This document shows positions 47,419-56,231 of a stretch of 64,000 nucleotides of DNA, in pieces; position 1 is the first letter of the stretch, and each line of letters opens with the position of its first letter. The stretch covers positions 329,018 through 393,017 of the forward strand of contig CP066684.1 of the NCBI GenBank assembly GCA_016432325.1, read 5' to 3'. This stretch comes from Candidatus Aenigmatarchaeota archaeon. Lineage in GTDB: Archaea; Aenigmatarchaeota; Aenigmatarchaeia; PWEA01; JACQIF01. The notes beneath the pieces were generated by a model. It searched no databases. It worked only from the letters and a program-made list of their open reading frames with translations, and had not been told where the DNA came from. Made by a program: the position numbers and the translations under genes.

Positions 47419-47898
47419 TTATAGAACGTAATCGTGAAGCACGTCCGTTCGCCCTGTGAACGCCTCTCCAGTCGCGGGCTGCGGCTTGTACGAAGGAATC
47501 ATGTGCAGAATCTTCCTGACGAACGGCTCCTTTGGTTCCTTCGGTTCCCGCGGCTTCATCTTCGTGAGCAGCCACGACGCGTGCGCCGAGCCGAGAGCTA
47601 TGCCGGGCGCAGCGTCGCGGAACAGGTCATTGAAGAAGTACAAAGGAAGGTCATATGCAGGGTTAACGACTTCAATTGCCTTTTGCACCGCATAATCGAA
47701 CACGTACACCGTCCCCTCTGCGGCGGCTGTGGCGACGGCACTCGTACCAACCGCGCGCAGCGACTTTTCTACTCGGCTCGTCACGGCGTCACCCGCCCTG
47801 CGGTTGATCAATTCGGCCCATCCGCCGCCGTACATGAGACCGAACACGTAACCGAAGACGTTCTGAGCTCCGTAATGCACGAGCTTCCCTTCCTCCAT
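47419..47898 (-). CDS. Hypothetical protein (159 aa)
   Basis: ATG 47898 sits 30 nt from TATA GCATTTAAATTG; listed TTG 47928 abuts the TATA. Confidence 0.4.
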   Translation of the reverse strand: MEEGKLVHYGAQNVFGYVFGLMYGGGWAELINRRAGDAVTSRVEKSLRAVGTSAVATAAAEGTVYVFDYAVQKAIEVVNPAYDLPLYFFNDLFRDAAPGIALGSAHASWLLTKMKPREPKEPKEPFVRKILHMIPSYKPQPATGEAFTGRTDVLHDYVL

Positions 47899-48058
47899 GA
47901 AATCAACAGAGCAATTGGACGAAAACAATTTAAATGCTTAACCATTCCAAACGTTTTGGGTGCAATTCATTACAACTACGAAAGCCGACTTCACTCCTTT
48001 CCGCGAGTACGCGGAGACGCACGAGAGTCAGAACAGACGAACTTGTCTGGAAAGATGA

Positions 48059-49279
48059 TTACATTCGCAAACCAGTCTGTTCCAAGTGAACCCGTCCTCC
48101 AACCATGACAAACAGCACAACTGCCGCGACAAGCGCGCACATCATGAACACCGCGCTTTCCCCGGAAATCACCATGGCGGCGCCTAGGGCTGTCGGTCCC
48201 ACCACGCTTCCCGCGGTTTCTATGACCTGCATCGCGCCCTCAACCCTGCCGTAGTGCGAACTTTGCGCCAAGCGTGTCACGATGCCCTGCGACGAGAGCG
48301 TGACCAACTGAGTGACCACGCCTATCAGGAAGGCCAGAGCGAGTTGGGCCTCGTACGCCACGAACCCGAGCGCGGCAATCAGCGGCACCAGCAGGGCCGT
48401 GCCGATGAATATGGAGTTCGTTCCCAGCCTGTCCGCAATCCCTCCCAGCCAGCGGGAGAAAAGCGCGGGAATCGTGAAGACAGCGGTGATGAGTATGACC
48501 TGCTGGAGAGTGCCTCCTTCGGTGTAGACGTATATGGGAATGAAGAACGAGACTATCGTTCCGAGAAATCCCAAAAAGAGGACGAAAAATCCGGCGTACT
48601 TCAATCCCTTATTCCATTTCATCACCGCGGGCACGAAGGACCCGTATGTTTCCAACAAGTTCGTGCCTGAGGTTTTCTTCATGTCAGGCGGCAGGCCGAA
48701 ATAGATTATGAGCAACGCGGCGACGGCCATTATGGATACGGCCGCAAACATCATGTGAAGCGGCACGTAGGCGACGGCGAAAAGGCTCAGCAGGAGAGCC
48801 GCCACCCACCAAAAGTTCGACACTGTGTCAAAATACCCGAAGGTCGTGGCTATGATTTTCCGCCGGGCGTGCCTTCGTATGTAGGTATTTCTTCCCACGA
48901 CGTCAAGCGCATAAGCAGGTCCGTTCAGGAATCTTGCGGCTATGACCAATGAGACCGAACCGAACACCCCGGCCAGAACGTATCCCAGTCCGATGATGGG
49001 ATAGAGAAGCAGTCCGATGAGAACCAGCGTTCTGGCGCTCGTCCTGTCGCCCAGCGCTCCGGCAAAGGGCAGGAACAGAAGAAACGAGACGTAGTAGGCC
49101 GCGGTCAGGAGGCCCGCCGAAAGATAATCCTGGGTGAACTGGTAGAGGAATATGGGTATCAGTGCCTCCACGAATCCCCATCCGAACCATCGCACGCCAG
49201 TCGCCCACGAGAGGACTTTGATGCCGTTGGGAATTTGTTTCATGAGATGGCCTCGATGGTTATGGCGCCCCTTATTCAA
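48059..49279 (-). CDS. MFS transporter
   Basis: 12 TM, MFS loop motifs; start TTG 49279 or ATG 49243. Confidence 0.75.
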   Translation of the reverse strand: MNKGRHNHRGHLMKQIPNGIKVLSWATGVRWFGWGFVEALIPIFLYQFTQDYLSAGLLTAAYYVSFLLFLPFAGALGDRTSARTLVLIGLLLYPIIGLGYVLAGVFGSVSLVIAARFLNGPAYALDVVGRNTYIRRHARRKIIATTFGYFDTVSNFWWVAALLLSLFAVAYVPLHMMFAAVSIMAVAALLIIYFGLPPDMKKTSGTNLLETYGSFVPAVMKWNKGLKYAGFFVLFLGFLGTIVSFFIPIYVYTEGGTLQQVILITAVFTIPALFSRWLGGIADRLGTNSIFIGTALLVPLIAALGFVAYEAQLALAFLIGVVTQLVTLSSQGIVTRLAQSSHYGRVEGAMQVIETAGSVVGPTALGAAMVISGESAVFMMCALVAAVVLFVMVGGRVHLEQTGLRM

Positions 49280-49296
49280 ATAGCGTGCGCCGGATT

Positions 49297-49866
49297 CTAT
49301 TTAGGCCCGGGAAGCGGCACGCGCCTGAACTTTGCCCTTTCGACGCACGAATTGTTGGTCATATTCTGGTGCCGCAGGAGGGCCAGCGCCTCCTTATGCA
49401 GTGTGCGGGTGGAGCTGGACTCGACGCACTCCTCTATCACGTAGGTGAACATCCCCAAATCGAAGGCCTCGTATGCGGTGGCGATTATGCAGTCGTTCGT
49501 GTCATAACCCGCGACGTGGACCTCATCTATCTTATGCTTCCTGAACAGGGCGGCAAGGTCCGGCTTTCCCTTGAACGCGGATTTGGTCTCCTTTTCTATG
49601 CGCACCGACCCCAGCGTGCGCAATGCCTCGGCCAAGACAGGGACCGTGAAAAAGCCTGCGTTCCTAGGGCATGTCCATTTCTGCTGCCTGTCCCAGATGC
49701 CGCCGCGTTCCGCGTGGAACAGCGCCTCCGCATAAAGATTGTAATCGACGCCGTCAAGAAGGCGCCTGATGTTTTGTATTACGTGCCTGTTTCCGCGGTT
49801 GACGAAGGCCGGCTGGACGTCGACAACAATCAACGCGCGCCTTCTGCCCGTGTCTGGTATCCGCAT
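49297..49866 (-). CDS. Isochorismatase-family cysteine hydrolase (nicotinamidase-like)
   Basis: ALIVVDVQ...HVAGYDTNDCI motifs. Confidence 0.8.
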   Translation of the reverse strand: MRIPDTGRRRALIVVDVQPAFVNRGNRHVIQNIRRLLDGVDYNLYAEALFHAERGGIWDRQQKWTCPRNAGFFTVPVLAEALRTLGSVRIEKETKSAFKGKPDLAALFRKHKIDEVHVAGYDTNDCIIATAYEAFDLGMFTYVIEECVESSSTRTLHKEALALLRHQNMTNNSCVERAKFRRVPLPGPK

Positions 49867-50041
49867 GCAAGTAGCATCACTCGCGGTCTTAATAAGACTG
49901 CGGAAACGAGATGCACAAGTCCGCTTCGGTCATCGGTGGCTGGAGCAATCGAATGGGCTACAAGAAGATATTGTGGGCGGTGGCGAGAAAGTAATGTTTA
50001 GACGCAGTTGCAGCGATCAATCAAGTATTTAAGTTTGCACG

Positions 50042-50734
50042 TTGAACCTGACAGAGGCGAAAGATGTGGGTTCCAAAGCCGCGGTTATTGAACGAACGAA
50101 TGTTCTGAAAGATGATTATAAAACGATTGCAAACCGGGGAGGCATACGAATCGTTCTGAACTACTTCGGTTTTCCAACTGTGTCCAGAGAAGCGGAATCT
50201 CTTGGACCGACGAAGCTTGTTGCATACCCATACGTCACGCTTGGCGGGCCTCTCGGAATCAGCGGCGAATCTCTAGCCTTCTGGACGAACGAAAGTAATG
50301 GAGAAGCGAGTTTGGAGGCGGCAATGCAATCCTCCATCGAGCAGTCAGCAGGATTACAATCCTTAAGACTCAGAACGCCAACATCCCTGTCTTACCACAA
50401 GAACGACTGGTCTTCTGTCCAAGCGCCGTGGATGCTTCACCCCTTCTTCGAAGAAGAGTGGGTAAAAAACGACGGCACGACCGTTGAAGATGTATTGGTG
50501 CCGTTCCTAGCACATAGAATGAATACCAAATTGGACCATGATGGAAAAGGCCCTGTTACTCTTTATGTCCTCGATCCGTCATGGGCGGACGTCTTGGAGA
50601 AAATGGAGGCTGGGTTGGGTTCCAAAATGCGCTATGAGAAAACTGTTAATCTTCTCCATTCGCCTGTCACAGAAGAAATAACGTTGGAAAGGTTTAAGCA
50701 AAATTTAGAAGCACACAGAAAAGGTTCGCGCTAA
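50042..50734 (+). CDS. Hypothetical protein encoded by low-GC segment (230 aa)
   Basis: Marked GC drop versus flanks; no ATG start (TTG 50042 or GTG 50066); TATA 50020-50029. Confidence 0.4.
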   Translation: MNLTEAKDVGSKAAVIERTNVLKDDYKTIANRGGIRIVLNYFGFPTVSREAESLGPTKLVAYPYVTLGGPLGISGESLAFWTNESNGEASLEAAMQSSIEQSAGLQSLRLRTPTSLSYHKNDWSSVQAPWMLHPFFEEEWVKNDGTTVEDVLVPFLAHRMNTKLDHDGKGPVTLYVLDPSWADVLEKMEAGLGSKMRYEKTVNLLHSPVTEEITLERFKQNLEAHRKGSR

Positions 50735-50846
50735 CCATTTAGTCTAATTTACAGCATTCTGCTCATCCAGACGAACTCGTGCCCTCAGGATATCTCAGGC
50801 CGGATGTCTTTAGCGCCATTTTATTCTCCTTCGCCAATTCTATCCC

Positions 50847-51683
50847 ATGATACTCCGCCACCCTTCAGCCGCAGGCCAGTACTATCCGCGCGACCGCGTC
50901 TCTCTGGAACAGACGCTGACGGCGCTCACGCGCCGCGTGCGAACTCCTAAAAGAACGGTCCTCGGGGCTCTGGTGCCGCACAGCGGTGTTACGTACTGCG
51001 GAGAAACGCAGGCTTACGCGTACAAGTCCTTCGCCGGCTCGCCAATCTTCGTCATAATCGGCGCGAACCACGCGCGTCTGGGCGCACCCTACGCGATAAT
51101 GACTCAGGGAACATGGGCCACGCCTCTGGGGAACGTCGGCATCGACAGCGAGCTTGCGAAAGCGATTGCGTCCAAAGCGCCCATCCTCGCCAACGACATT
51201 CAAGCCTTCACGCAGGAACATTCCATAGAGACGCAGCTCCCGTGGCTGCAGCACCTCTTCCGCGACGTCGCATTCGTGCCGATAAGCATCTACGGCGATG
51301 ACGCCACCGCTTACAGGACGATCGGCGTTGCGATTCGTGCGGCCGCGAAGGAGACGGGCCGTTCCATCGCCGTGATTGCATCTTCGGATCTGACGCGCTA
51401 CGGCGCGTCTTTTGCGTTCGCGCCGGTAGAAGGCGATGCCGCTCTCGACTGGATAAAGGAAACCGATCAGGCTGTGCTGGAAGCAATCGCGAAGATGGAC
51501 GTCGAAACGCTTCTTAACGCCGCGGAAAGGACGAACTTATGCGGTCTCGGAGCGATAGCAACGATGCTCTACGCCTGCATGGAGGTCTCTACAGGAGGCA
51601 CGCTGCTCCAGTACGCGACGTCTTTTCCCATAACACGCACGACGAGCGCCGTTACGTCGTACGCGGCTGTCGTGATGGAATAA
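50847..51683 (+). CDS. AmmeMemoRadiSam system protein B (MEMO1 family)
   Basis: AAGQYYP...VPHSG...IIGANH Memo motifs. Confidence 0.8.
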   Translation: MILRHPSAAGQYYPRDRVSLEQTLTALTRRVRTPKRTVLGALVPHSGVTYCGETQAYAYKSFAGSPIFVIIGANHARLGAPYAIMTQGTWATPLGNVGIDSELAKAIASKAPILANDIQAFTQEHSIETQLPWLQHLFRDVAFVPISIYGDDATAYRTIGVAIRAAAKETGRSIAVIASSDLTRYGASFAFAPVEGDAALDWIKETDQAVLEAIAKMDVETLLNAAERTNLCGLGAIATMLYACMEVSTGGTLLQYATSFPITRTTSAVTSYAAVVME

Positions 51684-52562
51684 TCAAGCCGTCAGCACCG
51701 CGAGCGTTATCGCGGCGGCGAGCGTGACGACGAGACCTATCTTCTGGTGATTGAGCAGACGCTCCTTGTTGACCAGCAAACCGAGCAGCGCAGCAAGCGC
51801 GATATAACTCTCGGACAGCGCGACAGATATTGCGATGGGTATGAGGCTTGTCGCGTAAGCGAACAGCACCCACGCGCCGTTGTCCAGAAGCGTGGAAGAG
51901 AGAACGAGCCTCGGATTGTGGCCGACGTCGCTTATCAGCTTCGCTATGCGACGTTTATCCGAGAATATGTAAGCTCCGCAGAGCATTGCGATAATGCCGT
52001 GCGCGAACCATATCGTCACGAGGGGGTCCGTGACGCGCGACGCAAGGCCGACGAGGAATGTTCCGATGCTCATGAAGAATGCGCCTGCAACGGCCAGCCA
52101 CACGCCGCGTTCGAGCCACGCCTGCTTGGACAGGTGGTGCGCCTTGACAGCTACCATCACTATGCCTGCCAATATCAGGCCGCTCAAGCCGAGTTGCACA
52201 GGCGTAAGCGACTCTCTCAGTATGCTGAAAGCCAAGAGTATCGTAATCGGCACCTCAAGCGCCAGAACGGGCTCGACAACGGCTATCTTGCTCTTTTTCA
52301 AAGCCTCGAAATAGAAGATGCCTGCGAGGAACAGAGTCAAGCCGGCCCCGGACAGAACGGGCAGATCCGCGCTCTGGAAAGAGAAGAGCGAAGGTATTTC
52401 TTTGTAGATGAAGGGAAGCAGCGCGACCGTGCTGAATGCCGTGATGGCGAACAGCTCTTCCCAGTCGCCTATCCTGCGCGTCGTTCTCTGTATCAGGAAG
52501 TCTCCGAAACCCCAGAACAGCATCGCTCCGAAAGCCGCCAGCACTCCCAGTTCCAAAACCAT
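51684..52562 (-). CDS. EamA/DMT-family transporter
   Basis: 10 TM, duplicated EamA domains (AAFGAMLFWGFGD). Confidence 0.8.
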   Translation of the reverse strand: MVLELGVLAAFGAMLFWGFGDFLIQRTTRRIGDWEELFAITAFSTVALLPFIYKEIPSLFSFQSADLPVLSGAGLTLFLAGIFYFEALKKSKIAVVEPVLALEVPITILLAFSILRESLTPVQLGLSGLILAGIVMVAVKAHHLSKQAWLERGVWLAVAGAFFMSIGTFLVGLASRVTDPLVTIWFAHGIIAMLCGAYIFSDKRRIAKLISDVGHNPRLVLSSTLLDNGAWVLFAYATSLIPIAISVALSESYIALAALLGLLVNKERLLNHQKIGLVVTLAAAITLAVLTA

Positions 52563-52612
52563 GCGCTGCGTACGTGTTAAGCCTTTTTATTCGTATCGTC
52601 CGCACGTGTTCC

Positions 52613-54286
52613 ATGGACCTCGATACCGAAATACTCATGCACGCGCTGCGCAACGCGCTCATGCACAAGGGCCGCGCGAACGAGGGCGCCGTGATATCAA
52701 AGATAATCGGCGCGCATCCGGAACTGCGCAAGGACGCCAAGCGTACGGGCGAACTCGTGAAGCGCGTGGTCGGGGAGGTAAACTCATTGAGCGAACCGGC
52801 GCAGATGGAAGAGGCGTTGCGTCTTGGCGTCTCGCTTGAACATGAGGCGAAGCCCGAACGGGAAGGCTTGCCCGACCTTCCGAACGCGCAGGAGGGCGCG
52901 GTCGTCACGCGCTTCGCCCCGAATCCCAGCGCACCCCTGCACCTCGGACACTCGCGCGCTCTCCTGCTGTCGGGACTCTACGCAAAGAAGTATAACGGAC
53001 GCTTCATCCTGCGCTTCGACGACACGGATCCCCGCACGAAAACGCCAATGAAAGAAGCGTACGACTGGATTCTAGAGGACGTGCGCTGGTTCGGATTTGA
53101 GCCTGACGCAATCGTGCACGCCTCAGACCGGATGGATACTTACTACAAATACGCCGTGGAACTCCTGCGCAAGAGCCACGCCTACGTCTGCGACTGCGAC
53201 ACGGAGAAATGGAAGGAGCTCACGCTCGCGAAGACGGCGTGCCCGTGCCGCGCGCGAGACGCAGGCGCCCAGCATGAACGCTGGCTGAAGATGATTAACG
53301 GCGGTTACAAAGAAGGAGAGGCTGTCGTGCGCATCAAAACCGACTTGAACCACGCTGACCCTGCGATGCGCGACTGGCCGGCCCTGAGAATAATCGACGT
53401 TCCGCACACGCGAACCGGAACTGAGTATAGGGTCTGGCCCCTCTACAACCTCGCGTCTGCGATAGACGACCATGAGTTCGGCGTCACGCACGTATTCCGC
53501 GGACAGGAGCACCAGGCCAACGCGGAAAAACAGGCCTATCTCTTCAAACACATGGGATGGAAAGAACCTGACGTAGCAACGTACGGACGACTCTTCGTCA
53601 AGGGCATCGCGTTGTCAAAGAGCGAAATCGTCAAAGGCATGAAGGCCGGAACGTACAACGACTGGGAAGACCCGCGATTGGGGACGCTGCGCGCGTTGCG
53701 GCGCCGCGGCTTCCAGCCGGAAACGCTCGTGCATTTGATAGAGCATGTCGGCATAAAACCGAACAACGCGACAATATCCATGGAGAATCTTGCGGCGGAG
53801 AACAAGAAGTTCGTCGATTTCCGCGCGAATAGATACTATTTCGTCGCGAGTCCTGTCGAGTTCACACTCTCCGGAAAGTTCACGAAGAAAACCGCTGAAG
53901 TGGCTCTGCATCCGGAAGACGAGGCGCGTGGAGCGCGCACGCTGAACGTGAAGAGTAAGATTCTTCTCGACGAAAAAGACGTCGACGCGTATGGAGGCAA
54001 AGAGGTCCGTCTCAAGGGACTTTTCAACGTGAAGGTCGACGTGAAAAACAAGACATTGACTTATACGGGCGAAGCGCTGGAGCGCGAGACTCCGAAGATA
54101 CACTGGCTGCCGGCCGAGGAAACGGTCGCGTGCACCATCGTTATGGACGATGCAAGCGTCCTCCAAGGCAAGGCCGAAAAAGGCGTAACGAACGAACTGA
54201 TAGGCAACACCGTCCAGTTCGAGCGTTTCGGTTTTGTGCGCATCGACAACAAGGAGCCGTTCGCAGCGTACTTCAGCCACAAATAG
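52613..54286 (+). CDS. gltX: Glutamyl-tRNA synthetase (archaeal class I GluRS)
   Basis: HLGHSRALLLS HIGH motif, archaeal GluRS architecture; ATG 52613 with TATA 52583-52595. Confidence 0.9.
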   Translation: MDLDTEILMHALRNALMHKGRANEGAVISKIIGAHPELRKDAKRTGELVKRVVGEVNSLSEPAQMEEALRLGVSLEHEAKPEREGLPDLPNAQEGAVVTRFAPNPSAPLHLGHSRALLLSGLYAKKYNGRFILRFDDTDPRTKTPMKEAYDWILEDVRWFGFEPDAIVHASDRMDTYYKYAVELLRKSHAYVCDCDTEKWKELTLAKTACPCRARDAGAQHERWLKMINGGYKEGEAVVRIKTDLNHADPAMRDWPALRIIDVPHTRTGTEYRVWPLYNLASAIDDHEFGVTHVFRGQEHQANAEKQAYLFKHMGWKEPDVATYGRLFVKGIALSKSEIVKGMKAGTYNDWEDPRLGTLRALRRRGFQPETLVHLIEHVGIKPNNATISMENLAAENKKFVDFRANRYYFVASPVEFTLSGKFTKKTAEVALHPEDEARGARTLNVKSKILLDEKDVDAYGGKEVRLKGLFNVKVDVKNKTLTYTGEALERETPKIHWLPAEETVACTIVMDDASVLQGKAEKGVTNELIGNTVQFERFGFVRIDNKEPFAAYFSHK

Positions 54287-54319
54287 CCGTTTATAAAGCA
54301 GCTCTCACAGGAGATTTTC

Positions 54320-54883
54320 ATGGTAGGACGCATGTGGTGGAAGGTAAAGGCCTCTCTGATGGAACCTTCAAAGATGTTCAATACGGTCTCCAAGGAAAGG
54401 GGCCTCGGCGAGCCCGTGAAATATCTGGCTGTCGTGTCTCTGGTCTCTTCGTTTCTCGCATCCGTGCTCGCCTTTCCCGGCGACGTCGCGATGATATCAT
54501 TGGTCTTCGCGGCGTTCTACGCGATGACCGTCGCGGGTTCGTTTTTTGTCGCGCTACTGACGCACGCGTGCTCGATGCTCCTCGGAGGCAAGGGAACGTA
54601 CGAAGCCACGTACAAAGCCACGGCCTACGCATATACGCCGAGCGCGCTGTTCGGGTGGATACCCGTCGCCGGTTTCCTTGCCCACGCGTACGGTTTGTAC
54701 GTGTATGCCAAAGGGATATCGCGCCTTCACAAGGTCACGATGGGAAAGGCTGTTGCGATAGTCGTAGTTCCCCTGGTTCTGGTATACATAGTATTCGTCG
54801 TGTTCCTCGCCGTTCTCCTCCTGGCTTACGCGCCTTACCTCAATGCCGGCGGGCTCCAGCCCGGATTCACCGGCTTGGTGTAG
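54320..54883 (+). CDS. Yip1-domain membrane protein
   Basis: 5 TM, Yip1-like topology. Confidence 0.5.
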   Translation: MVGRMWWKVKASLMEPSKMFNTVSKERGLGEPVKYLAVVSLVSSFLASVLAFPGDVAMISLVFAAFYAMTVAGSFFVALLTHACSMLLGGKGTYEATYKATAYAYTPSALFGWIPVAGFLAHAYGLYVYAKGISRLHKVTMGKAVAIVVVPLVLVYIVFVVFLAVLLLAYAPYLNAGGLQPGFTGLV

Positions 54884-55214
54884 GCGACTGCTGTTCTGTC
54901 ATGTAAGACCACACAGGCGGCTGTTCGCTTTTCCTCTTCTCCAGAATTGACATGATCCCCGAGACGAGCGTTATGAGACCAACCAAAGCTATGACGATTC
55001 CTGCGGCGCGTATCGTTCCTGCCGACCCCTGTATGCCTTGCAGTATCGGAACAACTTCTGGCGCGAACTCGGTCGCTCGCGGTATTGCGACAGGAGCCTG
55101 CGTCTCGACGGCGCCTGCGACGCTGAAAAGTCCGACTCCGATGACAATCAGGAGAATCCCTATCAGAACAAGCGCCACATATCGAAGCAGTTCCGCGTCG
55201 AACTTGAGGGGCAT
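54867..55214 (-). CDS. Small 2-TM membrane protein (115 aa)
   Basis: ATG verified; TATA TTTAAAGG ~25 nt upstream on minus strand. Confidence 0.4.
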   Translation of the reverse strand: MPLKFDAELLRYVALVLIGILLIVIGVGLFSVAGAVETQAPVAIPRATEFAPEVVPILQGIQGSAGTIRAAGIVIALVGLITLVSGIMSILEKRKSEQPPVWSYMTEQQSPTPSR

Positions 55215-55279
55215 GGATATACGTGCCCGTTGTTGCCTTTAAAGCTTCTGCTTTAGGCTTCCCTCCGCGGTCGCAAAGC

Positions 55280-55411
55280 CTTTAAATACCTTACCTTCGT
55301 TCCTAGACTACCAATGAACAATGATGTGCGTCTTAACGCGCTGAAGGAGGCGTTTGAAACTGCGGTTTCGCGCCTCCCGGTTCGTATTAACGCACTGAAG
55401 GAGGTGTTCGT
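55280..55411 (+). promoter_or_regulatory. rpl7ae promoter and structured 5' leader with C/D-box-like K-turn element
   Basis: TATA 55280-55289; AATGATG (55320-26), hairpin GCGTcttaACGC, CTGA (55341-44), hairpin GGAGGCG...CGCCTCC (55346-55377), second CTGAAGGAGG. Confidence 0.45.
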
Positions 55412-55825
55412 ATGGCTGAAGATTTGAGTAAGATTTCCGAACAGAATGTTCGGAATACTTCGAAAGAGGACCTTTCGAAGAAAGCGCTTGAAGCGGTCGA
55501 ACTTGCAAGGAGCACCGGTTCCCTCAGAAGGGGAACGAATGAAGTTACAAAGGCGGTAGAACGCGGACAAGCAGAACTGGTCGTTATAGCAAAAGACACG
55601 GATCCGCCTGAAGTGGTCATGCACTTGCCGCCGCTCTGCGAGGAGAAGAACATTCCGTACGTTCACGTGCCTAACAAGGAAGAGCTCGGACGCGCTTCTG
55701 GGATAGAAGTCAAGTGCGCCGCTATCGCAATAGCCAAGGCAGGCGAAGCGAAGAAACTGATAGACGAAATAAGAAAGGCGAATGGCATGGAGAGCAAATC
55801 GCCTAAGGAAAAAAAGAAAGAGTAA
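55412..55825 (+). CDS. rpl7ae: 50S ribosomal protein L7Ae (K-turn binding)
   Basis: [25 protein letters not shown] signature; GGAGGTG SD 5 nt upstream. Confidence 0.9.
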   Translation: MAEDLSKISEQNVRNTSKEDLSKKALEAVELARSTGSLRRGTNEVTKAVERGQAELVVIAKDTDPPEVVMHLPPLCEEKNIPYVHVPNKEELGRASGIEVKCAAIAIAKAGEAKKLIDEIRKANGMESKSPKEKKKE

Positions 55826-55835
55826 GGTGATTTGA

Positions 55836-56039
55836 ATCCCAGTCGATGCCGTTCCGGCCGAAGTCGTTCAGTTGCTCGGACGCAGCGGCGTCAAGGGAGT
55901 CTTCAAGGTTCGGGCGAAGGTATTGGAAGGACCGGACAAGGGAAAGATTCTCCTGCGCAACGTCATGGGCCCCATACGCAAGGGCGACATACTGATGCTT
56001 CGCGAGACTGAGATGGAGAGCGCCGGCGGGTTCGGTTAA
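55836..56039 (+). CDS. rps28e: 30S ribosomal protein S28e (eS28), no canonical start codon (not in ORF track)
   Basis: ...[61 protein letters not shown] matches S28e; in-frame GTG 55827 followed by TGA 55833. Confidence 0.65.
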   Translation: MPVDAVPAEVVQLLGRSGVKGVFKVRAKVLEGPDKGKILLRNVMGPIRKGDILMLRETEMESAGGFG

Positions 56040-56048
56040 GGCGATTTT

Positions 56049-56231
56049 ATGGACTGCACATTCTGCGGCGAAACAATGCAACGGGGAAAGGGAAAGATTG
56101 TCGTCAAGAAGACCGGCGAAACGTCCGCATACTGCTCTTCAAAATGCGAGCACAACGCGCTTCTGGGCCGCAGCGCAAGAAAGATTCAGTGGACGCGCGT
56201 GTCGCGCGTCGCCAGAGGCAAGGAGAAGTAA
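56049..56231 (+). CDS. rpl24e: 50S ribosomal protein L24e (eL24)
   Basis: CTFCGETMQRGKGKIVVKKTGETSAYCSSKCEHN zinc-ribbon L24e. Confidence 0.85.
   Translation: MDCTFCGETMQRGKGKIVVKKTGETSAYCSSKCEHNALLGRSARKIQWTRVSRVARGKEK

Noticed and set aside
49285-50001. 238-aa plus-strand ORF
   Set aside because: Antisense to the well-supported isochorismatase-family gene.
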